NCBI RefSeq assembly: GCF_036321535.1
Contig: NC_087436.1
Coordinates: 63,490,001-63,554,000 of the forward strand
Source of the DNA: Camelus dromedarius
Lineage: Eukaryota
DNA length: 64,000 nucleotides
Direction of reading: 5' to 3'
Within the stretch, counting starts at the first letter, position 1. Every line of letters begins with the position of its first letter. Below the pieces are notes generated by a model, which saw only the letters and a list, made by a program, of their open reading frames with translations, ran no database searches and was not told the origin of the DNA. Shown here in pieces: positions 1 to 13,806 of the stretch. Position numbers and translations under genes: made by a program.

Positions 1-339
1 GTAACTCCTGTTAAGCTGTAAATCTTGAGTGTGAAGTTTCAGTTTTAATCAGTTTTCTATCCACAGAAATTAGACCAATTCCTACAGCATAGGCTCTCAA
101 ATAATACTGGCTATTTCATTTCTGGCCTTGACTTAATTGTTACCCATGTAAAGTATCTACTAACTGATAACCAGTGAATATAATGTATTAATACTATTTT
201 TCAACCTAAGAACTTGCCGTTTTGACTGTCACCCTCCTCATCATCAATAATCATGTACCTCTTTCCTGATGGGCAGCATCAAAAAGAACTAACAGAAACA
301 ATGCAGTAAATACGTCCTACAGGGTTTATTGAGTATTGG

Positions 340-980
340 ACAGATTTCAAGTGCCTCCTCCTATTCACTCAGGACCATCATTTCCCAGACCCTTAGCCAC
401 TGAGTATAATAGCTTAAGCCCATGTGGTTTTGCTGCCTGGAGTAGACTAGATGTTTGCTTAGTGGAGCTGGACCTTCTTAGTTTATTTCCATATAGTCAC
501 ACCAATCTGCCACATGACCTCACTTCATGATTTCTCTCACCACTTACCAATTGAATGAGGCACCCACCATAGAGCATGAGGTCTGGCTTCCTAACTAAGT
601 AAAGAAAGGTTAGCACATACATATTGGAAGTAAAGTGGAGCTTTTTCCCTATGGGGAAACATTGGCCATTGATAAAGAAGTCTACAGAGATTTGGGCAAA
701 CAAATTTGCCCTTTTTCCTACCCCCCTCCCCGACCATTGGGTACACCTTGCTGGGGAGATATGTCCTATGTTGCTGAATAGGTGAACCCGCTGAGCAGCT
801 GGCTGCATCTCTTTGCATTATTGGTGAATTTGATGAAGTACCACTTGCATTGCTTCCCATGCTTCCCTGTTTCACCTGCCATTTCCCTTATTCTTCTTGC
901 CTTTTGATTGTACCTCCTAAATCAAAGACTAGCAATAATCCTTGCCTCAGGTTTTGTTTTCTAGGGATCAAGGTCTAAAA
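340..980 (+). mobile_element. Old ERVL-class solo LTR (LTR41-like)
   Basis: The 3' end 'taatccttgcctcaggttttgttttctagggatcaaggtctaaaa' resembles the ERVL LTR terminus (CCTTGCCTCAGGCTCTGCTTTCTAG...CTAAGACA). Upstream 'gcattgcttcccatgcttccctg' also fits. The 5' boundary is approximate. Confidence 0.55.
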
Positions 981-2779
981 TAGGATGGATATAAATGTTA
1001 GCCTGCAAAAGAGCTTATAATTTAGATGAAAAAACATTATGTCACCAACAGCAACAGAAATCTTGTCTTTGTCAACACGAAGCTCTTAGCCTCTTTATAT
1101 TGTTACATATAGATCTAGTAGAATGCTAATGTCAAAATCTCCAGAATTTGTGCATGTACTTGTTCTATGCAAAACCTGTGCTGAGACAGTGAAAAATATC
1201 AATAGGTATCTGGTAAGAAAAGTAAAGCTTGTAACATGTTTATATTTAGAAACCAGTTTAGAGGGTTACTCTATTCCAAATATCCTTGGAATAGGTTCAA
1301 AGGACAGAAAACCCAGTGATCCCCAATGTTGTGAGCCCTGTTAGGGTCCTAGATGGGGTCTGAGGACGTGACCTGTGTGCACATTTTGCTTCCCACTTGC
1401 CCTTTTCTGTGTTAGTCCTTGAAAACCTCTGACTTAAAGGCTTTGAGGAAAAAAATGAACAAAAGGTATAATCAAATACAGAAAAGCAGACATTTGCTGC
1501 AATTGATGCCTGACAAAGCTGTAAACTGTTCGTGAACGGTGCAGACATATGCTTGCCACAGTAGGAGTAAATAGGCCTGCTAGCGCAGAGCCCATGAAGC
1601 CAGGGATCCTGTGGAGTCTTTTGTAAGTTCTGTATAGAAAGGGAGGTGTTTGTTGCGTCCAAATATGTGCACTGGTTGCTTTAAAAAAAATAGAAAACCC
1701 ATCATCTCTACAACAGTGGCTGTTTAGCAATATTGGCACTGTGAAGGCAACTTAATCTACTTGAAAATGACATTGAATTTGATGTCATGTTATGCTTCAA
1801 AAGAGTATCTCTGTACACAGAGAAAGATTGCAGTTCAGCAGCGCTGGCTTCATGGGACAGGAAGAAAGATTTTAACTGAAGTGTGGGTGTGGGGCTGTAC
1901 ATGCCTGGCTGCATTCTCTGTTATCAACATGAGTGTACCAGGATGAGAAAAGAAACAAAAGTTCATTGCCAGATGGTAATAAGGACTTCAAACTGAGTGA
2001 CAAACTTGTAACTTCTAAATGCACTGATCCATAGGATTCTAAGCAATTTTTTTCAAAGTGGAAAAATATTGTAAGAGACCCTTCTATACAAAATTAACAA
2101 TGGATATTCTAATACGTTTCTATTTATACTACCAGTGTGCTTTTAAAACTTGTTTGAAAGAGCAATGGGACATTTTTTATTATGTATGTGTTTTTTCAAC
2201 TCATAGTACCATTTTAAATCTGAAGCCCTAGGTAGGTTAATAGAAAGTGAGCAGCTGTGCAACACGTATTGAAATAACCAATGAATATCTATCTGTGTGC
2301 TCATTTTGAAAAAGACTGCTTAGTCTGTTCTGGGACACAAAGTATTGATGTTAAGTCCATGGTTAATTACTTCTCTAACACAGGTGTTCAGAGTGAACTT
2401 AATTGAGGGGTTTTTTAAAATTTGCTCCTCTAAGTCAAGAAATATAATAATGTAGGTACTCTACCCAAACAAAAGAATCTCCAGAAATTAACTAAAAGTC
2501 TGTGGTTTAAAAAAGAAAAAGGAAAAATCATTTACATACTTTCATGAAAGTACTATGAGGCTTACCGTTTTGAAGGAATGAAACACTGTTTGGTAAAACG
2601 TAGTAACTAAAATAGATAATTAACTTCTATGTGTTCTTCAGGTCTTGCTTTACCTTAGCTATTTTAGAATTAATTTCTTTGCCTTTGTTTATGTTACTCT
2701 ATTTACCTGCTGGTCCCTTTTCTATTCTTCATCTAACCTGTCCCCTTTTCCATGCAGCAAACTCCTACTCATTTGTAAA

Positions 2780-3075
2780 GGTGACATATTTGTGAAGGTG
2801 ACACCTTGTCTAAAACACCCTGAGATCATCCCCCTTCCCTTTCTCCTGCTAGGCAGAGTCTATTTTTTTCCACAAATGTATCCCCTTTGTGGGATATTGT
2901 GCGAACTGTGCCTTTCCTTTGGCCCTTATCCTCTTACATTGTTATTTGCTACTCTATTGTTTCCTGAGCTCTTTGTGGGGAAAAAAAAAATCAGTCTTGG
3001 TCACTTTTGTATACCCTTCTCCTGCTTGCAGGGCTTAGTACATCGTTAAAGTGCAATAAATGTTGTTGTATTGAT
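2780..3075 (+). mobile_element. L2 3' end fragment
   Basis: Pyrimidine-rich body ending 'gggcttagtacatcgttaaagtgcaataaatgttgttg', like the L2 terminus. Confidence 0.4.
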
Positions 3076-4059
3076 GAAGACAAACACTACCTGTCTCGTT
3101 TTAGTGTATATTTTCTAAAAGTACAGTAAGCTCATATTTTCAGAACAGGTTCTTGTAAATGATTCTGTCTGTACATGTCTGAGAAGATTTTTAGTTCTCC
3201 TCACAGAAATGATGGTTTAATTGAACATTCAATTCTAGGGGTATAATTTTTCCCTTCAGAATTCTGGATGTAGCATCATCTTTTTCTGATAACCAGAAGA
3301 AATTACAGGCCACACTTTGCTCTTGCTGCTTTCAGACAATATCCTTTTCTTTTAAAACTTCTTGTCACTTCTCAACCCAAATGATTTATTCTTGTCATTC
3401 ACTTGGCCACATTTTGCTTTTTTTCTGTCCATTGATCATTTCTGAGATTTACTCATTAAATTATTCTAGTCATGGTCTTCAACCATAATCTTCATTAAAC
3501 AAATTACAAAGTTTTCTTGTATTTCTACTTGTTTAAAATGTAATAAATGTCTTGTAGAAATAATAAGATTTTTGAGATCTCCAGACTATGTCTAAGTTTT
3601 CTTTCTGGATAATGAAATACCCAATTGTGTGTTCTGCATATAATTGTCTTTCAGAGCAAAATTCTGCAATAAACAATTGAACAGTAGTCAGCAGATCACT
3701 TACCTTTTCCATTCCCAATTTTACTAAAACTAAAATGAAGTTAGTAATAGATGCATTTTTAAAAAAAATTTCCACACCATGAATCCCTGTAATAAAGCAT
3801 ACTAGATTATGTGGAATAATTGTACGTTGTTGAACTGATGCAGAAACACATTAAGTCTTCAACAAACCTTTTTTTTAATTGAATGAGTTGATGTGTCAGT
3901 CAAAATCTTTGATTTGTAGGTTTGAAAAGATTTAATTTATTAGAGGTGTGCTAGCCTGAGAGGGTACTTTTTCCCATACCCATCAACTGCCTTTCTGGCA
4001 TCCTGAACAGGTGCAAATATATAAATCTTGCAATGGGAAAATGGCTTTTATAGTGATAA

Positions 4060-4235
4060 TATAGAAAACAGGACTCTGGAGTCAAGCACATTTTGATTTC
4101 ACATTTGCTACTTAGTAGCTTTATGACCAGAATGTTAACCTCCTTTTTCTTACCTGTAAAATGGAACCCTTCTTCATAGGGTTGTTAGAATTTAATGTGA
4201 ATATGTAAGTAAAAGATTTGGCATGGTGTTCAGCC
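4060..4235 (+). mobile_element. MIR SINE
   Basis: Degenerate MIR core: 'ggactctggagtcaagc...gctacttagtagct...tacctgtaaaatgg...catagggttgttag'. Confidence 0.65.
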
Positions 4236-6784
4236 CTAAACATGACTTTATCTAGAAAAAAAGCAAAAATTTTTAAATTAACTGTTCTTTTTTAAAAAAA
4301 AACACTTTAAATTGGAAAATTAAATAAGAATATTTATAGAAAAGTAGAAAGTCTTAGTCTTTGCTTTTAAAATATGGTGGTACATTTTAAAGCATTTTTA
4401 GAAAAAATTTCATAGAAAGCAAGTAGTTTTATGTCCACTTGTTTCTGCCTTTTGGGGGCAGACTGAAGAAATGTTACAGGAAAAAAGTCAGTTATGTCGG
4501 GAGAGCTCAAAAAAGAAGGCTAAATAACTGTAAACTGGGTGAAATCTAATTGTATTTCTCTGTTTTACTAAATAAACTATTTGCCTCCCCCATCCTTTGC
4601 CATCCTCCCCCGTACTTAGGGGCGTTTCCAGTGATTTGGCAATTTGTTCGTAATAGGGAGAATAATGTATAATCAAAACTTGATTTCATGCCTGATTTGA
4701 TTACAGGGTACTGATTAAACCAATGCTAGCAAATTCTATTTAATTTGGTGATTAGGAGCGGGGTGTTTTCCCATACATCTTTGAAAGATGTAAAATCACT
4801 GTAGGTAAAACTTCCTGTCCTTTAGGATGGGAAGGCCTGAATCAGGCTTTAAATAATGTATTCATTCTTTTAAATGTAAATTTATTAACAGGCTTTTAGG
4901 TTTTCCCGAGAAACTGGGACTTTAGGTCTCTGAGTCAATGAAAGCGAAGCAATCTCCTTGGCTCTTGGGTTTAATGACATTTATTACTTCAGGGTCTTGA
5001 CAAGTCCCATTATTACATTTCACTTTTTGAAAAGTGGCTGTATGCTAAGCCTAGCACCTAATATAGCATTAGATATCTTGCCCAGTAGGTTTACAAGTTA
5101 ATTCATTAAACCAAATCATTTTCATTAGAACACTGGCCTCATGTGTTACTACCAGCATTAAAATAAATCATTTTATTCTGTCCATTATGGTAAGTGATAC
5201 ATGTGATACATTTATTAAGTTAAAGTGTTCTCTCAAATTCTCATGTTCAGTTATTCTTGTCACCACTTACAGTGCTGATGGCTCTCTCAGGAGTCGTTAC
5301 CTGTAAGGATAAATTCCAACTTTGTTTCCTGGTATTGATGGTCCTCCACAGTTTGGTCACAGCCTACTTTCCCAACCTCTTCCCCTGCTTTCTGTACCCA
5401 AATCTTCCACAGCAACCAGGCTGCCCTATTCAAGTCTGAAGGTCTACTAGGAACACTGTAGCTGCCAACCTCCTCCTTCAACAAGAAGGCTTTGCCTCCT
5501 CTTTGTTTAGGCAAACTCTACACTTTCTTTGTGATCATATCCAACATCCCATCTTTCATGAAGGGTTTCCTTTCTCTTCTCATCTGTACCTTTCTTTTGC
5601 ACATAACAATGTATTTGTGACAACAGTAGACCTTTTTCTGCTGTCCTCCATGACTGTGCTGTTATCAGGGATCATGCTCACCTCTCAGGTGACTATTCTA
5701 GGAACTTTTAATTTGGTTTTTATGTTGTGTAAGGATAATAAACTGCTCAGTAGTAGGTTTCCCTATCCACCGAAAATGCAGCACCAAATACACAGACAAC
5801 AGTGCTCATATTAAAAATGTCTTAGCACTTGCATATCGTATTTTGCCTGGAGTCAGAGGAGAGGTCATGCATCCCCACCAAAGGAACTCTTAAAATCAGC
5901 TCTAAGTTCTCGCTTTGTAGATTGGTGGTCACTCTTCTCATCTCTTTGCATCTACTGAGGTAATGACATGCCTTAGATCATAGTTACTTTCAGCTACAGT
6001 TATATGATTATTGAGTAATTTTCCTAGGAAAAGTGATATTTATTAAGTTCCTAACATGTGTGGATACTTCTATAAATTTGTAATTTCCAATTCAACTTTA
6101 GCTCTGTGTGCTATATTATACATTCCTTGAATCTTCTTGAAATTCGCTTTTTGGATGTACTGAACAGTGCTAATATTGCTATCACTTGCATACAAATTGG
6201 AAAATATTAATTAACATGAAACCACAGTAAACAGCAGATATTTTACATCTTACTGAATTTACGATGGCTCAGTCTAGTGCTTATAGGCTCGGTGTTGGTG
6301 AAGTGGTGCAAAAAACCTTTTGACCAAGGATGTATACCACAGATTTATTCACTGGCTTTCATTGGCTGGGAGCATAAAATAGGAATAAGATTTATATTAC
6401 TAGTGTAATCTAATTGGTACATACATATAATATATGTGTATGTATATACATATATATTAAATGTTTAAGTGAAAAAGCATTATAATTGTTCTAGGATGCT
6501 GGAAAAATAGGCTGGGCTTATATTAAAACATAAAGCCACAAAATACAAGTAAGTATGTTTGGATAATTACCTCAGTAATATAAAACAGATGCTCTACTAT
6601 TTCCATGATTTTCATGTATATTCAATATAATTCTGAAAATATTTATTAATGCACTTATAATATTTTTGGAGCCAAGGATCCCAAAACTCAGTCTTGGATA
6701 TTAGATGCTAACTATAATAAGGAAAAGAGATGTGGCATTATATAACTAAAAAAGTGATGTCAGCTCCCAAACTGTGCATACTAT

Positions 6785-7723
6785 TGTGACGATTTCTTTT
6801 TTTTATATATTTTTATTGAAGTATAGTCAGTTTACAATGTTGTATCAATTTCTGGTGTACAGCATAATGCTTCAGCCATATACATATACATATTCATACA
6901 TATACATACGTATATTTGTTTTCATATTCTTTTTAACCATAAATTACTACAAGATATTGAATATAGTTCCCTGTGCTATACAGTATAAACTTGTTGTTTA
7001 TCTATTTTATGTATATTAGTTAGTATCTGCAAATCCTGAACTCCCAATTTATCCCTTCCCACCCTCTTCCCACCCTGGTAACCATAAGTTTGTTTTCTAT
7101 GTCTGTTTCTGTTTTGTAAGTTAGTGTGTTTGTCTTTTTTTTTTTTTTTTTGGATTCCACATATGAGTGATATCATATGGTATTTTTCCTTCTCTTTCTG
7201 GCTTACTTCACTTAGAATGACAATCTCTAGGTCCATCCATGTTGGTACAAATGGCATTATTTTATTTTATTTTTTTATAGCTGAGCAGTATTCCTTTGTA
7301 TAAATATACCACAACTTTCTTTTTCTTAATGTGTGAATTCTGCTAGCCTACAGCCCCTAGTTATTCAATCAAACACTAACATAGGTATTGCTCTGAAGGT
7401 ATTTCCATAGATGTGATTGAAATCTATAATCAGTCACTTTAAGCAAAAGATTTTCCCAAATAATCTGGATGTGACTGATTTAATCATCTGAAATGCCCTA
7501 AGAGCAGAGCTGAGGTTTCCCTGATGAAGAAATTCAACCTGTGGACAGCAGTTTCATTCATGGCCAGTATGATTCCAGCCTGCCTTTCCTAAAAGCCTGC
7601 CTCAGGGAATTTGGACTTGCTCGGCCAAACCCTAAGATCCTGCAAGCCAATTCCCTGTAATAGATCGCTTAAATTATATCTCCTGCTAGTCTGTTTCTAT
7701 GATTGAAGACTTGACTGATTGTA
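6785..7723 (+). mobile_element. MLT2-family (ERVL) solo LTR, interrupted near its 5' end by an L1
   Basis: Starts TGTG at 6785 and resumes at about 7325 with 'ctacagcccctagttattcaatcaaacactaa...gagcagagctgaggtttccctga...ctgtggacagcag...aagccaattccctgtaata...gactgattgta'. Confidence 0.75.
6793..7315 (-). mobile_element. 5'-truncated camelid-type L1 (3' UTR plus end of ORF2)
   Basis: Poly-T followed by 'ttttattgaagtatagtcagtttacaatgttg...aagatattgaatatagttccctgtgctatacag'. ORF 6976-7257 begins with the ORF2 C-terminus (MPFVPTWMDLEIVILSEVSQKEKEKYHMISLICGI). Confidence 0.9.
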
Positions 7724-7732
7724 CTGTGCGTA

Positions 7733-7735
<3 letters not shown>

Positions 7736-7779
<44 letters not shown>
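7736..7779. repeat. (GT)n microsatellite, about 22 units
   Basis: Directly visible perfect dinucleotide run. Confidence 0.98.
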
Positions 7780-7781
<2 letters not shown>

Positions 7782-8638
7782 AAATATGTGCCTATGTAGG
7801 TTTATACTCAAATGTATTAATAGAGTGAGCATATAATCTACACCTTCCCAATAGGGTGACAGTTTTGTTTTGTTTTTTAATGCTTTGAACAAAAGAGTGG
7901 CCAGTGATCAGTCAGGTGAAGAGGGTGGGCGCTGGACAGAGTGTTACCAGCACATGCATCAGTCTGTGCAAAGGCCTGGAGACCATAACGAGCAGTGTGC
8001 TATCTGGAAACATAAGATGGATATGGATCCAGAAGCACCAGTTGCAGAGATAAGAGACTGGACTAGTGCTGGCCAGGTCCCAGTGAATTTAGTCCTGCTA
8101 AATGTTTGTATCTTAACTCAGGGTAATGTAATTAAGTCCTGGACCGATGTCTTCTGGAGTCTGTGACCTTGGGCGAGTATCTTTTGCTTTGGTAGTATCG
8201 GAGCTTTTATTAATCTTATCTTGCATATCATCTTTCCCTCCACTATTTTAAAAACTACATAAAGAAGTGACTTGTTTTGTAAAGGCCTGCACATAGTAGG
8301 TACACCCAGGCAAGCTGGTTGATAGATGAGTGTCCAGGGCTCTGTGGTGAAGGAGGACAGCATCTCAGCCTTGTTATTTAGGAACACAAAAGGTGGCTTA
8401 GACCAATGCCATGCCCACCATCATATGCTGACACTTGAGAACACTGCCAAAGCAAGAACTAGGATAGAGAAGTCTCCTTTTCAAGTTCCTGAAACTTGCA
8501 GCCCAAGGTGGCACTGGTGGCCTGTTATCTCCTAGAGTTGTAGTGATATGAAAACATTCTGTTTGTGTGATTCTAGGCAGAAGTATGTTATCTCCTGATG
8601 GAGAGGGATAGTTTATGATTAGAGGGATATTTCCTTCA

Positions 8639-9755
8639 TTTTTTTTAATTAAAATATAACTGACACATTACATACAGTTATACAACATAATGATTCAGTA
8701 TTTGTATATACTGCAAAATGATCACAGTAAGTCTAGTTAACACCCATCATCATATACAGTTACAAATTTTCTTATCTTGATGTGTAAACATTTAAAACCT
8801 ACTCTCTTAGCATCTTTCAATACACAATACAATATTATTAACTATAGTCACCATGCTAGACTTTTTACATCCCTAGGACTTATTTATTTTATAACTGAAA
8901 GCGTGTACATTTTGATTCCCTTCACCCATTTTGCCCAACCCACACCCTACCTCTGACAACCACCAGTCTGCTTTCTGTATGTATGAGATTGGTTTTTTAT
9001 CCCTAGATTCCACATGTAAGTGAAATCATACAGTATTTATCTTTGTCTGATTCATTTCACTTGGCATAATGCCATCAAGTTCCATCCATGTTGTGGCAAA
9101 GGACAAGATTTCCTTCTTTTTATGGCTTACCAGCCATTGTGTGTATATATATATATATGTTTTCTTTTTCGTTTCGTTACCTTTTCATCTATTGATGAAC
9201 GCTTAGGATGTTTCCCCGTCTTGACTACTATAAATAATGCTGCACCGAACATGGAGATGCAGATACATGTCAGAGTTAGTGTTTTCATATTGTTCAGATG
9301 AATACATACAAGCGTAATTGCTAGAGAATATGATAGTTCAACTTTTAACTTTTTGAGAAAACTCCATACTGTTTTCATAGTGGCTGCCCAAATTTATACA
9401 TCCACCAAGTGCTCATAAATGTTCCCTATTCTCCACATCCTCACCAACACTTGTTATTTCCTGTCTTTTTGACAATGTTCATTCTAACAGGCATGAGGTG
9501 ATATCTCATTGTGGTTTTGATTTGCATTTCCCTTATGATGAGTGATGTTGAGTAGGTACCTGCTGGCCATCTGTACGTCTTCTTTGGAAAAACGTTTATT
9601 CATGTCCTCTCACATTTTTAGTTGGATTTGTTCTTTGCTATTGAGTTGTATATATGTATTTTTACATATTTTGGATATTAACCACATATCACATATGATT
9701 TGCAAATATTTTCTTCCATTCAGTAGGTTGCTTTTTCATTTTATTGATTTCCTGC
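8639..9755 (-). mobile_element. Older L1 (L1MA-type) 3' portion
   Basis: L1MA-type 3' UTR 'acaacataatgattcagtatttgtatatactgcaaaatgatcac...tattattaactatagtcaccatgct'. ORF 9127-9378 carries ORF2-like KTVWSFLKKLKVEL...MFGAALFIVVKTGKHPK. Confidence 0.88.
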
Positions 9756-10483
9756 ATTGCGAGAACAATGGATAGTTACACTAGTACACAGGAGTAAACC
9801 ATAACTATCCAAGACAGAATGGATAAAGCTGATTATCATACATGAAAAAGAAAGACAAAACACTCATGGGCCCAAGAAAAGGCCTTAAATGGTATCTAAT
9901 TCTCCTAAGTTGAAAGCAAATATCTGAGTGTGTATTTGTGTGTGTGTATATCCATTTTTCTTCAGTCTCTCAAAAGGTCAATGACCCTAAAAGGTTAAGA
10001 ATTACTGAATTTTCTTCTCATGTCCACTGTAATTGCCTTTATCACATTATTTATGTTGGATTCATTTTCTATAATGGTCCCCAATTTTTGATGTGCCTAT
10101 TACATACTTTAAAGACTTCATGTGCTTCTTTGTTCTCTAATCCTAAGGGGGTCATTCATTCACTGCCAAACATTTAATTAGCACTTATATTGAAACACAT
10201 ACTTTTATATACCCTGTGATATGAAGGTGAATACAATTTAATTAAGTTACTGCAAAACTCTCTATCTGGTGAGAATGTAAAAAAAGAAACAAAAAGTTGT
10301 ATTTCTCATAATGCTCTCATGTTCCACACACTTTTTATCAGATTAATAAAACCACTGAAAATAGTGAGAATGTGGTCTCAATCTGGATTCTCAAAATGAA
10401 CATCACAATTGGTCACATTCACTTTCTTTCTGATCTTTATAAGTGTACTTCTCAGTTGCTGCACATAGATCTCTGTGTCCTGG

Positions 10484-10738
10484 TGATGCAGGAAAAACAG
10501 ATGTGGGGCGTGAGAAGGGCTGTGTCCCAGGCTTCGGTTGAACCTCTGGGACGTGCCCCGCCAAGTGTGGGTCCTTGGCTTCGCACAGGAAAGAATTCGA
10601 GAGTGAGCCACAGTTGAGTAAAGGTAGATTTATTTAGAGAGACATCAAAAGGCAAGAGAAAGGCCACGAGGTGTCAGGGTTGGGTGCTCAGAGTAAAAGT
10701 CGGTACACACTCCATAGACAGAGCGCGGGCCATCTCCG

Positions 10739-10774
<36 letters not shown>

Positions 10775-11131
10775 AGGGGCCGGGAGGCTCAGTGTTGCCA
10801 GTTTTTATGGGCTTGGTGGCTTCATATGCTAATAAGTGGAAGGACCAGTCTAACTAATCTGGGGAAGTGGCTGGGATTCTCAGGAAGTTGGCCATTTCCC
10901 ACTCTTAGACCTTTTGTGGCTAGCCTTGGGACTGCCATGGTGCCTGGGGGCATGTTATTCACCATGTTAATATATTACAATGGGCGTATAATGAAGCTCA
11001 AGATCTGCTAGAAGTCAAATCTCCCACCATCTTGAGCCTCAAGGCCTAATGGGGGTTGAATCTTCCACTATTTTGATGTTAACTGCTGTATCATTCCTTG
11101 AATGGTTGTGCCCTGCCCCCTTCCTGTTTCA
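10484..11131 (-). mobile_element. Intact ERV1-class solo LTR, MER41-like
   Basis: TG...CA termini with a perfect 4-bp TSD CTGG (10480-10483 and 11132-11135). The minus strand starts 'tgaaacaggaagggggcagggcacaacc'. It has a TATA-like CATAAAAA near 10802-10808 and AATAAA at 10629-10634 (minus). CpGs are retained. Confidence 0.88.
10742..10772. repeat. (GA)n microsatellite inside the LTR
   Basis: Directly visible. Confidence 0.95.
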
Positions 11132-13461
11132 CTGGCTTGACCCAACCATGGCATTTTACATACAGAAAGATTCCTGCATTAGTTATGACATTTTTCTATA
11201 AGACTTTTCTGCTGTTGGCCTGCTCTCAGCATACTGGGTTAGGGGAGGAGAGGTGGTATTTTTGTCTCTGAATTTTCTTAGAGAAAATCCTCAGGTATAC
11301 CACAACCTTCCATTTATCCATTGCTGTTTCCAGAATTAGAGAAACATTTCTTTGTGGTCACTTCCATTTCCCAATTTTAATCACTTACAATTTGTAGGAG
11401 TTTGTTTTGCAAGGTGACCTTTTAGCATGTGTTAAGTCCTTAAGTTCCCCCCAACTTGAGCAATATTTTTACCAAATATAGCCCATATATCTTGGCTATA
11501 ATTTGCAAATAACTTTTTCCCATCTGAAAATGGATACTAATCTTCTGTCCTTGATTTTTGATTGATTGCACATTTGATTCACAGAATGATCCTGTGATTT
11601 AAGGAAGAGATGTGGTTCTACTAAATACAGACTATTACTAAAAACTGCTTGTGTTTTATACATTATGTCAAGTTGTTTCACCAAGGTGCCTTCATTTTAA
11701 GCTAGTAACATACCAGTTTTGGACTGCCTGATGATTCTGTATTGCCCATGTTTCTGCAGCTTTACCATTCCTGTGGTATATCTGAATAGTAGAGTGGTAT
11801 ATCTTTGGTTTGTCTTCTCAGATTTTTAGGCAATTCTAAAATGAGTTCCTTGAAATGGGGGATAAAAACTGGTAATGAATGTAACATGAAATTTAAAGAA
11901 TATATATAACCTAGAAGTATCAGATTCCCCAAGGCAGCAACTGTCAATAGAATGGGACTCTTCTTTGATTTATACTGCCAAGCCTTAGGCAGCATTCTTT
12001 GCTTTTGAAGGGAACTGGAGTCAAACACAATGAATGCATTTAAAACAATGTAAAATGTGCATACCAATTCTGAAGAAGACAATTTGGGCTTAGATACTTT
12101 GGTGGATTTCAAATCACACAATTCAAACTTATATCTGTCATGCTATGAAAATCATTTTATATTTTAGTTCTATCATCTTTAAATTCCTTAAGGAAAGTTC
12201 GGGTCCAAATCAATTTGTGATTATCATCTACTTTGTAAACTTTGGAAATATGTATTGTCATAATAATGAAAGCCATTGTAAATGAAAATTATAGCAACTC
12301 AGAAAGACGTGTTTTAGGCAACAGTGCTTTACATGCTTTAAGTTGGTTCTGGTAGCTGACAGATTACCGTAATTAAAGTGGTGCAGTTCATCCAGGATAT
12401 CATGATTTTTCATCATGTCATTCCTGAGAGATTAGAAACTGCACATTTTTGCAGTCTCTTATTTAAATGAAAAGTAGGTTACGTTTCCATAACAAACTTA
12501 TTTAGAAAAGAATATTTTTAATAAAATATCCATTCCTGTGTTTTTGATCTTTTCTTCTTAAACAGCAAAGTTGTTTTTTGGTTTTTTTTGTTGTTGTTTT
12601 TGTAAGAGCACTATAGAAACTCTTGAAAGAAATCTCACAGAACTGAGCTTTCTTTTGAAGACTACAGTTTATAGAGGGAAAATATGTGCTTGAGAAGCAA
12701 GCAAAAACCACAACAAAATCTCTTTAAACCAAAAGACAAAATAAAAAATACACAATATACAAGTCTTTCATTTTCCAAAGTGCTTAAAAACGATTCTTTA
12801 GTGTTTTTGCATAATTTATAAAGTATCTTTCTTCTATGAAAATACAACATTCTCATTTTGTTTTACTTATTGGTCTTTATCTTCCTCACTGGCTCCCCTT
12901 TCTTCCCTCCAGAAGGATCTATTTTGCAAGATGAAAGGCCTGGTCATCACTTCTTTAAATTCTATTCTCTGATCCTTAAAAAGGCCATTTTCTAATTTTC
13001 AAATATTGACCTCTATCTCCTATTTCAGACAAACCTTTAAATTAAGTGATTCCTAATAATTCTTACAGCATGACATCAAACTCGTCTCTGTCTATGATGT
13101 CCTTTCTCTCTCAATTCCCATACCTATTGGGACAGGGTTAAACTAATTCTTAACATCATACTTCACACTTAGATGGTGCTTAGAAAATGTAGAATGAGTT
13201 GAATTCCTTTTTTCCCTACTAGTTATATTTAAAACTCTTTCTTTTCATGCCATGTTCTCTTTCTTCAGAGACTGAGGTTTGACTTCTTTCAATTTTTTCT
13301 TGGGACCCTCCTTTTGCATTCCCTACATGAATGAATTATTCCAAATGATAACTTAGAAAAAATAATATTTCTATTCTTTCCAGCACTAGAAAAATCAACA
13401 TCTGATTAATATTCCTAAAATATGAATATTATTATGGTATTTTCATTCTCAAAGAACTTCA

Positions 13462-13806
13462 GTGGTGAGAAGAGGGAAGGGATTAAATAGGCAGAGCACA
13501 GAGAATTTTTAGGGCAATGAAGATACTCTGTACAATATCACAATGAAGGATATATGTCATCATATGCTTTCCCAAGCCCATAGAGGATAAAATGCCAAGA
13601 GTAAAACCTAAGGTAAACTATAGAATTTGAGTGATTAAGATATGCTGTGGTGAGTTCACCAGTTATACAAACATACCACTCTGGTGGGGGCTATTGATAA
13701 TGGAGGAGGCTATGCACGTTACAGAGCTGGAGGTAAATGGGAAATCTCTATATCTTCCTCTGCTTTTCTGTGAACCTAAACCTGCTCTAAAAAGAAAATA
13801 TTATTT
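13462..13806 (+). mobile_element. L1MC-type 3' end
   Basis: 'aataggcagagcacagagaatttttagggcaatgaa...taaactatagaatttgagtgatta...accactctggtggggg...tgggaaatctcta...ctgtgaacctaaacctgctctaaaaa'. Confidence 0.8.

Noticed and set aside
11725..11790. Possible C/D-box snoRNA (TGATGA ... CTGA)
   Set aside because: There is no terminal stem or recognisable rRNA/snRNA guide, and the motifs are too short to be significant.
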